Shown: positions 46,801 through 59,456, counted from the first letter of the stretch. The stretch is DNA of 64,000 bases from Rhodosorus marinus CCMP1338 (GCA_029953675.1 JAMWBK010000002.1:806001-870000); one strand, 5' to 3'. Numbers and translations: made by a program. Notes: generated by a model from the letters alone, not told the origin.

Positions 46801-47319
46801 GGCGACATCAACGGCTGAAGGTTTCTGCCGGTCCTATAAATATTTTTTGCCCCAGATTTGCCGAAGAGGAGCACGTCCGGGTCTTCGAATGGCTGAAGGA
46901 AAACGCAGGAGATGGTGGACCTGATGAACTCTTCGAAGAGATGTCCTACGACAGATCTGTCAAAGACTTGCACCGCTACTTTTTCGAGTTCAGCCCGGCA
47001 GTGGACCTTGAGCGCGAGGTGACAAAGTCGGTACGTTGCTGCTGGCACGCTCCCCCATATGGCCACTTTTCGCCTGAAAGGAATCTTCTTCTACATTCTA
47101 CGATCGAAACGGAAGCTGAACGCTATGGAAATTCGTCGAAGTATGAACATTATATCAGCCGTTGATGTGATTGTAGAAGAACAGATGAAGGTCGACCAAA
47201 TGGAGCCAAGAGTCGCAACGTACGTCGAGGAGCTCCTCTCCCGTCGCAAGGAGCTTCAGATGCGGATTGGCACTCTCCACGATGAGCTAAGAAACTTGGA
47301 CCAGATTTCGGACGTTTGA
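43840..47319 (+). CDS. dnaG: Bacterial-type DNA primase DnaG, nucleus-encoded, probably plastid-targeted, intron-rich
   Basis: Transit-like MGFVVGCGW...; CHC2 finger CCPFHEEKTPSF...YFCFGC; GDIISFVM; RVVVPI...G.VIGFGGR; PKYLNTKET..FKKG..LYG; Toprim VEGYFDV, SLGTGLT, MDNDEAG. Confidence 0.93.
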
Positions 47320-47882
47320 CAAAAAGCCGCTCTAGCTCATCAACCTCAAAACCTCTCATAGTTGAATCCTCTGCCGCTCTCAACTCACGGCATCATACCA
47401 TTCAGCTTAGCGCATTGGGTGAAAACTACTAACTAACAAAAATCTGATTCAGTCTATCGACGATATCTAGTTACCGGTATCTTCTATGTCAACGTAGATT
47501 TGGGCAGGACAGGACATAGCCGAGGTAGCTCTTGCACAACCCTCAGTCGAGAGAAACGATCTCGTCCAAAGGTTCAAACGCACCTTGTACATCTTTGTAC
47601 ACCGTTTTAGCTGACAGCAAATCGTAAGTACATCATAGTATAATTTACAATTGTACAAAAAGAATTTAGTAGCCGCAATTCGCGAGAAAGCGCAAAAACT
47701 ACTTTGGACACGAGCGCTCGCGTTGTCATCCTTTTGGACGGGTGTAGTGCTTCAGTGAACCTTCAGATAATTGATCATAGATCTCAGTCAATCTATGATC
47801 TATTGACCCCCCCCCCCCCCGGCCCTGGAGGGTCGAGCACTGTCTAATCTTCTGAGAGGGAAAGCGACGTGCTGTTGTTCGT

Positions 47883-48752
47883 TCATCTTCTTCTTCGCTT
47901 GAAGCTGCGGTTGCTGTTTTGAGAGTGCTGGTCTTGATTCTTTCTGCGCCTTTTCGTCTTCGATTTGATGTCCTCCCTGAGCACCTCCTGTTCACGGCCA
48001 GTTTTTTCAAACCTGACAAGCACTTTGTCGTCTGAAAGTTCCTTGATTATGTGCACTTCATGCCATTGTCCATCTTCATAGTTCCTCGCAACCGTAATCT
48101 CTCTCTTCTCCTCTTCTATACTCTTCTGTTTCTGCTCCGTCTCCTGTTTCCCGGTCCGTGGCGCCTCAACTAGCTGTCCAAGCTCTCTTAGCCTTCTCTT
48201 CATAACTCCCATTAGGTACCTCCTGCGATTCTTCACTTTTCTGAAGCTAACTTTCGCAAGCTCCTCCAGTACCTTCTTTGAATCGTCCTGTGGGACAGTG
48301 AGGAGAAACTCCTTTATCGCATCATCCAGGTCAGCCACCTTCACCTCCATTTTCGGATTCTGCTCGAACATCTCCAGGAGATCCTTCTCAAACTCCTCCT
48401 TTCGACGATCCTGATCCTTTTGAAGCAGTCTCTTCAGTCCCCTTTTCCTCGAATCCCCGCCTCCTCCTACAGTCCTTTCAACCCTCAGTCTCCTTCCCTT
48501 CATCACGCTGTAGTCCATCTTAAGCGCCTTCTCGTAATCCTCCTTACTTTCAACGTCCAAAAACGCCATTCCCTTGAACTCATTCGACTCTTTCTTCGTC
48601 AACATTCTCACCAGCACTTTCCCCTCCAGCTCCCCGCCACTGAAGTGCCCCTCAATCTCCTCCTTCGAACAGTTAAACGGAATCTGGCCAACGAACACCG
48701 TAAGCCGTTGAGGCCCGGTTCCCTTCTTTTCGTTCTCCTTCGCCTTACTCAT
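47883..48752 (-). CDS. Nop6-like RRM protein with an additional NURR-like helical domain and a Tudor-like domain
   Basis: RNP2 VFVGQIPF, RNP1 KGMAFLDV and VERTVGGGG (Nop6-like tail); LDDAIKEFL...VKNRRRYLMGVMKR; ARNYEDGQWHEVHI...VLVRFEKTGREQEV; basic NLS-like C-terminus. Confidence 0.85.
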   Translation of the reverse strand: MSKAKENEKKGTGPQRLTVFVGQIPFNCSKEEIEGHFSGGELEGKVLVRMLTKKESNEFKGMAFLDVESKEDYEKALKMDYSVMKGRRLRVERTVGGGGDSRKRGLKRLLQKDQDRRKEEFEKDLLEMFEQNPKMEVKVADLDDAIKEFLLTVPQDDSKKVLEELAKVSFRKVKNRRRYLMGVMKRRLRELGQLVEAPRTGKQETEQKQKSIEEEKREITVARNYEDGQWHEVHIIKELSDDKVLVRFEKTGREQEVLREDIKSKTKRRRKNQDQHSQNSNRSFKRRRR

Positions 48753-49801
48753 TAGACCCTCAACAAACACACTCACAAACAAACCTCTATCTATCCCTGT
48801 CCACGGCAAAATTGTTATCACCACTTACAACTTTCACGTCCCAAACCCAAGAGCCAGTCCCCTCAAAGACAACAGTAAACTGCCACCGGCTTCGTCCACC
48901 CCGTCTGCTCCCCCCCCAATGTCGAGACGCCCAGGTCCGCAGTCCCACCGCCGGCGACAAACTAATGCCGTTTTCAACGCGCTCAACCAAAATTTGATAG
49001 TCCCCAATCGACATTCCTATCGACGTCGGCAGGGCGCTTCTCAACAAGAAGTTGACTACTTTCCCACTCTGGCGGTCGTATAAATACGACGGGAAGCCCC
49101 AAAGGGCATGAGGTTCACCAGAGGATCCTAAGCCCCCCGTACCTTCTCTCAGGGACTTATACCTCTTCTAGGCCTAGCGTTCAACTACTCTTTGAATCAG
49201 TGTCCCTACCACAAACGAAAACGACGACCATCATACGACTCTTGTCCTTTCGCCGTAGGCTTGGTCTCCGCGGGTTGAAAGGTGGTGAACCAGGCCAAGC
49301 ACAACTCTTGAACACGACAGGGACCATGGCACTGTTGCCCTTTCCTTTCAGAGCTCCTACGGCGCAGCTTCAGACGCTTCCGCTAGTAGGAAGGCTGGTG
49401 GTGAATTAGCTTTCACCCTTCATGGCAGCCTACGAAGGACGCCGACGATGGCAATGCTCGCTCAAAATGTCGCCCCTCTTACGGTCAACAAGCGCCTCCG
49501 GCTGCTCAGATCTCCTTGTAGCGAGGAGGAAAATGGTACCTTGGTCTTTCGAAGACGAAAGCGGCTGGAGGCTAGCTGCTTCTGGGTCTCCTCAAATCGA
49601 GAGATTCGCCAACAACTTGAATTCGATGAGGATAGATATCCCGTCTCGAGGCTCTTTGTTCAACTCTGTCCTCTTCATGACAATTGACGATAATCCAATG
49701 CTCAAGTCAAAAACGGACTGGGTCCTCACGAATCCTCCCCAAACTTGCGGATATTTTGGACAAGAGGGTAGTGGAATTGTGCTGCGCTAAGCCTGCTTAA
49801 G

Positions 49802-50825
49802 ATGCGTGACTATGGGGACGCGACGGTTACCCAAGAAGATGTGAAGCTGTTGAACACCGGTGGCTGGCTTAACGATGCGTTGGTCTGGTTTTTTGAAGAG
49901 TATCTACGTGTTGAAGTCGCCAATAATGATCCTCGAGTGTGTTTCGTTTCGCCTAACGTCGCGTTCTTGGTCGCACAGAGCCGCTGTGAGTTCGGACCTT
50001 CACCAAACCAAATCAAACGTTGGGAGCTTTCATGCCAGCGCCACTTCACTTTCTCAACGTCTGTGACTTTTTATCCCCTCTGGCAAAAAACGTCAACGAC
50101 AAAATAGCGAAAGAGATCGCTGCAGAACTTTTGACGTCGCTGAATCTACCTGAGAAGAAGCTCATCCTCGTTCCTGTCAACGACGCTGGGGATGGTCCCA
50201 CCCAACTCAATTACGACACAGCCGTGGGAAATCACTGGCAAGCCTATTTCGCCCTCAGCCTCTTTGATTCGCAACGCTTCTTTTTAAGCATCGGCGCTTC
50301 ATGGCACATAGGTCTCTGCTGGTGATCCACGAAAGGACTGGACCATGTGAGCTGAGTTCTGTTGAAGCGCGTTCCGTATCAGCAGCTGCGAGGCTCATCA
50401 CAAGTTTACTGCCGGTCAGGAAGACGTTGAGCAACGTCAAACTCCTACGCTCACCGAAGCAGAGCAATCACTCAGACTGTGGTGTCTATGTTTGCGCGAT
50501 GATGGTATAGCTTCGGTTTTATCTAGGAGTCCAAATCTCTCGATTCACGACGAGCTGACATTGCAATCCAACCCGGTATTTCTTCTCTGTGTTAGGAAAC
50601 TGTCTTGCAATCATTTCTCGCGGATGATCAGGTAGGATCTTGCGCTTCGTTCACAATGGCGAGGGCCCCCTTTCATTGAACCAGCAGCCCGGAAAACCTT
50701 TCCCCGTTTGCTCGATCTAGATGCAAGAGTTCAATGGTATTGCTGAAGAAGACCTTCCTTACAGCTCACCGGCGATTGTGAGATCAGAGATGAGGAAGCT
50801 CGTACGAGAAAAATGTGGCGTCTGA
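49802..50825 (+). CDS. SENP8: NEDD8-specific protease SENP8/NEDP1-like (Ulp1/C48 family), multi-exon
   Basis: DYGD..V...DV.LL..GGWLND...FFEEYL; LILVPVND; HWSLLV after splicing 50238-50311; QSNHSDCGVYV. The 5' start and distal exons are approximate. Confidence 0.8.
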
Positions 50826-51181
50826 TCGCCGCATGAGCTGTTCCATGCGCTTTACGGGTGGCAGGTCCTTAGTTTGGTTTCCATATTATAAAGAGACGCA
50901 TACAAGAAAGCAAAATCCGCGACGGTCAGTCCGGACAACACGATACCGAACCTCATCGCGAACTCACTAGATTCACAAAAAAAAAAAAGATCGATGCGAG
51001 GTAGAGGACATTTTCGCTCAGTCCATGTCGTACAGCGTTGAAGATGTATAGAGCACAAAAAGGGAGAAGCGCCGGGTCATAAACACTAGTTCCACAAAAA
51101 CAAGGTACATGTGAGGTAGTGGAGATATTCGCTCAGCCCTGGCCGAGACACATGCCCGCCAGTTCTTTCAATGAAATAAAG

Positions 51182-51265
51182 TAGTGCGTGTGGGGTTCGA
51201 ACCCACGCGGACTTTCGTCCATTGGGTCTTAAGTCCAACGCCTTAGACCACTCGGCCAACGCACT
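51182..51265 (-). tRNA. trnL-UAA: tRNA-Leu, anticodon UAA
   Basis: AGTGCGT/ACGCACT acceptor stem with discriminator A; D-arm GCCGAGTGGTCTAAGGC; anticodon loop CT-TAA-GA; long variable arm GGACGAAAGTCC; T-arm GGGTTCGAACCC. Confidence 0.96.
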
Positions 51266-51281
51266 ATATTCAATTTCCTCA

Positions 51282-51348
51282 TTTTTAATCTTTTATATAG
51301 TAATCCTATTTCATCGTTTTTAATCTTCTATATAGTAATCCTATTTCA
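51282..51348. repeat. 32-bp AT-rich direct repeat immediately upstream of the tRNA
   Basis: TTTTTAATCTT(T/C)TATATAGTAATCCTATTTCA twice; each copy contains TATATA. Confidence 0.8.
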
Positions 51349-52984
51349 ACTAACCCCCCGCTAATTGAATATAAAAATATATCGGTTTTATGAGTTTAGA
51401 AACATCCAAAGTTCTCATTACGTCTCCCAAAAACACCCAATCTCTCATAGAGATTATCCGATATAATTCTTCCCCTTAACCTTAGTTTTTCAAGAAACCT
51501 TTTTGTTTTAAAAAATGAAAAACCACTTTTGTTTGGTTCACAAACCGGTGCCATGACTCTTATTCGAAGGGGTTCAAATGCTAAAAGGGACTATTATTGG
51601 TTCTTGTATTGTTTGTCTCTACTATTGGCGTCCTCCCACGCGGAGTATGCCCGGCAAGTGTGCTGAGCGAATTGAAGAACCGTGGGCCAAAAAATGCACA
51701 AAGGAACAAAGCAGTTTTATTTTCTACACTCAATTGCGGGCAATAGGTACTTTTCTCCATTTGAGTAGTAGTTTGAGAAAAACATGGGCCCGGAGCAAGT
51801 TTTTCTACCAATCATTGTTCGTGCGGAGGCGCTGTTGCGTACAGGAAGCGTTTGATTGGTTTAAATAATAATATTTTGCCGACATATTAATTCATATTTT
51901 CTTCCTTTGGCCATCCTACAACTCCGTTCCCCACGAAAATGGATGACTTTGGGACCTACCCTTTTCAAAACGGGGTACAGTTTTCCTCTTTTTCAGTTTC
52001 CTAATACAGCCAATCATCTATGGAAAATCGTGAATACCGTAGTTGGCAGTATATTATTGGTATACCTCAGATTTTCTGAACGACTCTATTTTCAGAATAA
52101 TTTGAACAGATGTAGAAATTGCTGCGATTCGAAATTTGTCCGGGGTTTCGACTCAGTCCGTCCGTCACACTCCCCAATAGCCCTGTTTCGCAAATGATGT
52201 TTTTGGTCAGTTTCTTTTTCCCCTTCGAAGGCGCGATGAGAGAAAGTAATAAATCGAGCAAGTGATTGGTCGACTCAACCATGATTTCCTCATAATGTTT
52301 TAAGATTTTCTTTTCTAAATTAAGATTGCTCTCATCCTGAGCTGAGAATCCCGAGGTTTTATCTAAAACTTTTGTCCGGTCCATTGTATTGCTCTGATAA
52401 TATGATTTATTAGGACGATATCCGTCTAAACGTGATTGATTTAGTAGCATTTATCTTAGATTTAGAAGAGACTTTTGAGTTGGGGATGAGGGGCGCTCTT
52501 AACCGAAGTAATTTGGCATCCGGCGTGAAAGAAATTTTTTTCTTCGATCGTATTGCTCTCGTTAGCTAGGCGACGATTTAATGGATTCGTTTGGCGCTCC
52601 CATCCCATCTGCTTCGACTGCTTTGGATCTTCTTCTGAAAGAGATGTGCTCTAGTTCCGAGACCATCATCCTCGGTCTGGTCGGCCTCGAGTGGCACCGC
52701 AGACAACTCTGTTTTTTTTCTGAGTCTCTATCTTTGTGTGCGGATGAAGACGATTCTGATTTCCTCGAATAACATGCGACGCTGCGCACCCCGCCCCTGT
52801 GGATTGCTATTCGTGTTCATACACATAACAGTTTCTGAGGGACGCGAGCCGGTCTCTGATTTGATCTATGGGAGTAAGATATCTCTTATACAGTTATTTA
52901 TCTTGTTTAGCTTGTTAGTCCTAGTTTGTACTACATGTTTAAGGTTCCTTCCTCTATACAATGCAGAGCTTGGCTCTCGCCTTC

Positions 52985-53476
52985 TCAAATCTTAAAAGCG
53001 CTCTCTTTCAGCCTCAGAAACTCATTCCAGGCGATGTCTCCTTCAGCAGGACTCCCTGCATCTTCTTTCTCCAGCGGCTCTGATACCAGACGACCATTCC
53101 GGAAGAATATCTGGGCCCTCTCAGATACAAAGACAGGATGTACATCAGTCTTCTTCGCGCTTTTCACCCTGCGCATAGCAGTTTTACCCCCCCTAATCGC
53201 AGCCGGATTACTGCTGACCATAACGGAGTCCTCAACACCATTCCTCAAATTCCCCAACAAAGAACATGCAAGCTCAAAGGAATCATCGTCTTCCCTTAAC
53301 CTCTTCCTCATAACATCCCCTGACATACCGAACACCGCGGCTGTCATCTCCTCCTCTTCAGTAGGATACCACAGTTTTTCATTCAGTTCAGCTCCTTCGC
53401 TCCAACAACTCCACAACCAGCCTCCACCTCCTCCCCTGGACCAACGCCCCCTCCCTTTCCCCAAAACACAAGTCAC
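52985..53476 (-). CDS. Hypothetical protein (exon of an unresolved gene)
   Basis: 163-codon open frame with protein-like composition; start and family unresolved. Confidence 0.3.
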   Translation of the reverse strand: MTCVLGKGRGRWSRGGGGGWLWSCWSEGAELNEKLWYPTEEEEMTAAVFGMSGDVMRKRLREDDDSFELACSLLGNLRNGVEDSVMVSSNPAAIRGGKTAMRRVKSAKKTDVHPVFVSERAQIFFRNGRLVSEPLEKEDAGSPAEGDIAWNEFLRLKESAFKI

Positions 53477-55880
53477 AACCTCAACAGCTGAACTTCAGAA
53501 AAAGCTCTCCTTAAATCTTCACGTCATATAGTTTACTTCGCAATCCAAACATCTCTCTTGTTCCCTTGGGCCTCTCTCTCTTACGCACCGCCCATAGTCG
53601 TCCCCAACCATTGCCGCACCCTAACCACCCTTAAACTACACCATATATCCTCCCTGCCACCACTCACGCAGAAAACCTACTTTTCTACGCACACCCTAAA
53701 AACAGATCCAGAAGGAACCTCTCGAGAAAACAACTTTCTCACCCGAAACCCGAGATACGGCGATCCAATAAACCCTATGTATGATCGTATAAAACAATAC
53801 ATAGACGTTTTATTAATATTATGCTACTTTTTAGGGAGACGGAAGTACGCTACTGTATTGAATTCACAGTGCTATCGGGCTGTAACCTTTTGGGCGCGCC
53901 CTGCAATCATTTGGATGAGGAAAAAGGAGAGCGACCAAAAAAATGAAGAAAAAAAGAACTAAAAAGGGACGGAGGAGAACGCGTGTTTTCTCTGTCAAGA
54001 GAGCAAATAGGGGTTTGCGAAAAGGCTAAAAAGGGGTGTGGGCCGCAGGGAAGGGGTAGGGCGCGACACCCCATTTCTCTGAGAATGATGTTTTTCTCAA
54101 TTAATCATGAGATCTTTCTGGAAATACGGGGCGAGTGACGAAGAGTAGAAAACGCTGGTCTGCACACGCTGCTATTTTTGCTGGGCTGGTTTAACGGGAG
54201 GGTTTAGGGCGGTATCTAGAAATATCTGGCCAAAATTAGCCGCAACGGTCTATTTTGAGAAGGATATCAATGTTTTTGAAACAAATTGGCATTTGTGAGC
54301 TCTAAAATAAGCATGTAATATAGGGGAAGAACCCATTTTAAGAGTTTCACTCCCTCCCTTTCCACCCCTCCCCAAAAATCCTGATACGTTGAAAAATATC
54401 CTTTTTTAATATCAAATTCAACAAAGCGTTGAATCACGAATTTTTGTATTGTAGAAACGAAATTTTTAGGGAGGTACAGTTCCGGAGTTGAGGTTTTGAA
54501 GGTTTCAGGACGAAAGGAGTGTGGTGGGTGTCCCAAGTCACTTGTCAACCGCCACGACTATGAGGAAATTGACGGGAAGCATCCAGTCAATTTCAATTCC
54601 CATCGCGGAAAACAGATAATTATGCGAGCCTTACAACTCATAAATGTCAAACCTAACCCAGGGGTTAGGCGAGACAGCAAGTAGTTTTCTCGTTCTGATC
54701 CTGGGGATAAGGTATTCTTGGGTTCGAAAAATATCGTTTAATATTTATTTATTAAAAGAAAATTGATTTAGTATTAAGCTTTCCACCCCCTACTGTCGTG
54801 AGTTTACGCTTAGTCGGGTGTAGTTTTTTACAAAGGAGGGGAGGGGCAAATTGGAATTTGGAAACCCCACTAGGAGGACTCCAAGGCGATTCTACATGTG
54901 TAGTCAGCGGGGTGCTGGAGGTGCTTATCACCCCCCCATCGCGATGACGAAGCGAAGAAAAAAAGAAATCCTCCGTTGATCGCAGAATACAACTCTCGGT
55001 AAACGGTTCTTTCCAGAAGCAGGAATTTTCCGATTACGTTCAACTCACGGGGTGCCCCATGCATTCGAAGCGCAAGAGCTTGTTGGCTTCACTTTCTTCG
55101 CTGGATAAATGGATGAGCGTTATGTCGGGAGGGTTTTATTTTTTCTGGGATCCTGAACCTCTATGCAACATTTCGACCGCAACCTCGATCCTGTCTGCAG
55201 TTCAGAGTCGAATCCTTTTCTCGTGATGAATTGTACACTGTGTAGGGCGCGTACAGTGCAGACCGCTAAGGACATAGATTAGGTTCCTCGCACTCGTTTT
55301 CGATCCAATTTTGGACATGGACAGCACAGGCCGCTCTCCTCCGAAGTACTGCGAGGACCCTTCGTATTGTTTCCGGCTGAGAGTGCAACAAAATCACAGG
55401 CACTCCCTCCGCCTTCCCAGGACTTTCGAGTTTTTCTCCCTACTCGAAGGACTCGAACTCTTCCTCTCGCCAGGCAATCCTGCACTGTTTGTTAGATTCT
55501 TGTTGCACTCTCCGCAGTTTTTTGGGGTCAAGTCACTGTTCTGAGTACTCCATTAATCACGCTCTCGCAGAAGATATTTCTCCCGCCGGCAAGCGCCGTT
55601 GAGCTGCCCGACGTTAACAGCATCAATGGAACCGTACAGAGGAGGCACTTGACGCACTCGATGCGAGGGTGATCATCTTGTACGGTGTGTTCCATTGTAA
55701 TGGGTAATTGGGGACGTGACATGCCCAGCACCATGGTCAGGACTCCTTCGACGTTTTGGGCGACACATAGTGTAGTCACTTAGGTGATCTTAGCGTGCTC
55801 TTAGCGATGGTGGAGTCATAAAAAAGAGAGAAATAAGGATCGCAGATTTCATTCACAAAAAGCCATCCTTACCGCGTAGC

Positions 55881-55925
55881 CTTTATTCGGCAGCGACCTA
55901 CCGCAGCGGAACGCTACGCAAACAC
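55881..55925 (-). mobile_element. Isolated retroposon-like 3'-end motif
   Basis: GTTTGCGTAGCG...CGCTGCGGTAGGTCGCTGCCG-AATAAAG. 20/21 identical to 11667-11687 and shares GTTTGCGTAGCG with the CRE-like 3' UTR. Confidence 0.45.
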
Positions 55926-57122
55926 TGTCCAGGCAAAAAGCTGCCCAGTAATCTTATTCTCCCGGAATCTGAGGGAACACCCCCATCGGGTTGCGCATGG
56001 CTCGAGACGAGGCTTTCAAGAGTTAGACGCTAGTCTTGGGTGGCTCCGGTTCATATACATCTCCGTACATCTCACGCGCCGAGTATGATGACGAGTTCTT
56101 TCAGGTTGGCGCGAGGTTTGGATGCTACCAGGAGCCGATCACATCCGAGAAAAGGCAGTTACTGTGGAGAGTGCGTTTTCTCCTCATCCATGTACCCCGC
56201 ATTCTGAACTTTGTAACATGTGATCAGAACCCAACATGAAAATCCTTGTGCAATCTGAATGGAGGGTCTGAAAACACGCACCGAGCAGACGAGAAAATTC
56301 AAATCACGGTTTTGGCATCACCGTTGCACCTCCCCCCGCAAACCTGGTCGCAATCTAGTTCACTTCACTGGAAGCGATAGAGCACAGTCTCTAACAGAGC
56401 TCCAGAGTGGAGCCCAGAGATCCAACAAAATCCTTCGTAGTGGGGCAAACTGAGGCGTATTCAAACGCCAGCAGCCCCATAGAGCTCCAAAAGCGCTCTC
56501 GCAAATACGTTCAGCGCAGCCGCGTGTAAAAAAGCTCGGGTGTCTTTTTGCGTGACGCGAAGAATCGGAAACCCTTCGTCAGCCCACTTTTTGTCTGTGC
56601 AATGAGAACAAAGCAGATTAGATTCAAGGATCTGCACAATTCGAAGTGCTTTTCTAGAAGATCGAAAACGCAATCCTACGATACCGCTGCTCCGAGGAAG
56701 AAGTGACTGGACCAGTGACGTTCGCTAGTTGGTTTGTATCAGGACAATTCGGTTGGGCTCTCGACCACGTCCGAGTGTTAGCATTACATCTATACAGTAC
56801 AGCCAATCGTTGCACATTGCCACAGTTGGCTAGCATCCAATCCACTATGGCCGCCCTTGGAAACTGTAGAAGGGGCTTTCTCGAGTTTCACGGCGCGGTC
56901 TAATCTCACTACGGGTTGTTCTCGTTCATGGCGAAGTATAAGTAGAATAATAAAAGAGTTTGTTTCCATAGGGTTTCTATGCCAGGGCGCACAAACTATT
57001 CCGCACAGACTTCATAAACAAAAAAACTCATTAGTGATTAGAAAGTGAATTCGTGTAGGCAAAGTGTACCAATGAAACCAGCAGATATTTTCTGAAAATT
57101 AAGAAGTCAGAAAGGAAAAAGT

Positions 57123-57249
57123 TTTCGATCAACCTGAACCAAAAGCGGTCTGGGAAAGCGAACGATAGACGTGCAAAGAATTCACAAAGGAACAAGCTTT
57201 CGATCAACCTGAACCAAAAGCGGCCTGGGAAAGCGAACGATAGACATGC
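57123..57249. repeat. 52-bp direct repeat, 75-bp period, 2 copies
   Basis: TTTCGATCAACCTGAACCAAAAGCGG(T/C)CTGGGAAAGCGAACGATAGAC(G/A)TGC at 57123 and 57198. Confidence 0.9.
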
Positions 57250-59456
57250 TTTGCAGCAGCATCGAGAGGTCTTAACGAATAGGAGCGGTCCTTGCATAAA
57301 AAAAAAAGCAACGTTAAGCATATGGTTGAACGGGGACGCTAAACCCTACTCTGGAAAAGGTTCTTACAGATTCATTCCTATTTTGCGAGCTGTATGATCC
57401 CATGCAAGATTGGACACTTTTACTTCGCTTGTGTTTCTCTGACCATCTCTTCCCGGTTTGATGGAAGATTTCTCAGAGAAAACTACGAACCATGGACTAA
57501 GCACAAGCGCATAACTACAGGGTCCGAAACACAGGAAGAAGCGATTGGGAGACTACCAAAAAAAAAAAAAGAGCCTGAACAGCCCAAACGAAAAACCCTA
57601 ATACTTTCACATCACCAGTCCGGAGCAAGACACAACGACTTACACCTTTGAAAACGCACGCTGGCGTCTGCAAGAAGATGAATAGCCATGGAGATGTGTC
57701 CTTCACCCGCTCCATCGTTGCAACCCCACCCGTCCCGAATCGTTGGTTTTCAAGTAACCCAGACCGTTTCCCACCCCCAAAAAGCCAAGCCCAGCAATAC
57801 AAAACACCACCCCCTCGCTGTGGTGGGGTAGCACGCAACATGGTAAACACAGAGAAGGGCATTCTGTTGCACTGGTGGCAGTCAGACCGCTTAGTGGGAG
57901 ATCTAAACCGTTCTATCAAAGCCCTTTTTTATCTAACTTAAAGCTCACGAATCTATATTTACACATTAACGTAATATGTTTATAACAAAGCAATGATATT
58001 TAGACCAAAAATGATGTTCTATCCGAAATATGCCCACAATATGTCCCGTCGGATATGCATTGTGTTCTTTCGAGAAAGCCTTCCAAGCCGTGAAGCAGAG
58101 CTCGATCCTTCTTACAAAAAGATGAAAGTTTCTGTTCTATTTTCAAGTTTTTAGTTTTTCGAGGGGTCCGGTGGTTATCCCTTTTAGGGGGGGGGGGAGA
58201 GATTGGGAGAGCAACTGAATCTGGAGACGGTTTGGAAGAAGCGCAAACTTTCTGAATTGGATGGATTTGGTTCATGTTTATGAAAAATGAAATAAAGCCG
58301 AAGACGAATGTTGTGTTTGGAACTTGAAGTAACTATATTTAGTTGATCCTTGATTTACGATATCAAACGTCAATGAATTTAGATATATTCAATTGAATGT
58401 GGTTCCATATTGTACGACACCACCGCACACACACAAAAGGGGTTGTTAAATTTGCTTAGTAGGCGGTCCGCCCCCCCCCCCACCCCCACCCCAGGCGACA
58501 TACCTTTCCTTCACGTTGCTTGTTCTTCTTGTTTGTTTTTTCCTGATTACCCGCTTCATTTGGACTTTTCAATCTAATTTTTTCTTGACGAGAAAAAAGA
58601 ATCAAATTTCACTGTTTCTCTTCAACATCTCTCTGAAAGCTTTCAAACAATAGTACCCTGTGTGGGTAGAGTTTTGTAAGAAAATTCCATATTCTTAGGA
58701 TGGAACGATTTCTTCATCAATTTTCCTACCCCACAAGTTAGGAGGGGGTAGGGGGTATTCGATTCGACATCCAATTGCTCCCCAAGGCATATCTAACCTT
58801 TCGCTAATATTATTTTCCCGTTTTGTGCGCCGCCCAGATTTGATTTAATGAAGGGGGGGAAGGGAAGAAGGTGCAAGTTCTTCGATGAAAGCCTCAGTTG
58901 AAAAAAACACACGAAAAAACAACTAATAGGCACGCTTAAAGGCATCTCATTGGACTTGCAATAAGCAATTTCTTTTCTTTTCACTTTTTGATGGATGAAA
59001 TTTCTAGCGAATCATGATCGTTCCTTAGCAGGAGCAAAACTGTCATAATATATTGAAATTTTGAATAGTGAAAGAAGTATAAGCAAGTTGAAATTGATTA
59101 TTCGAGGAAAAAAGGTATCGTGAGAACGAGAACATGAAAGTTATGTAACGGCTACTTTCGATCTTGCACGCATACGTTATGTATCATCGTAATTACATGT
59201 TGTTCAGGGCAGTATTTATTTAAGGATTAAATATTGGGAGCTAATTGCGCGTGATCTGTATGTAGTTCAGAAGGAAGTGGCAACGTTCCCGTTTGCTATA
59301 TCGATCAAAACTCAGGAACCTGATGTGTGCAGAGTAGCTCGTTGATTTCATTTTTCTTGAGGGAACTGGCGATTCCAACGACCGCAACTTAGAGTGGAGT
59401 TGGTTCAATCTTCCAGCACAATGGCTAGCATGCAACAACCCCCGTCTTCAGTTGGA

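Noticed and set aside
51600-51660. GILRVGGR peptide reminiscent of BEL/Pao elements
   Set aside because: Single short match bounded by stops, with no other Pao motifs nearby.
52067-52450. 127-aa AT-rich ORF, possible organellar or viral insert
   Set aside because: No recognisable motif, and adjacent frames contain TAG/TAA stops even under alternative genetic codes.
57123-57249. CRISPR-like repeat-spacer-repeat
   Set aside because: Only two units, repeat longer than the spacer, no cas genes, eukaryotic context.
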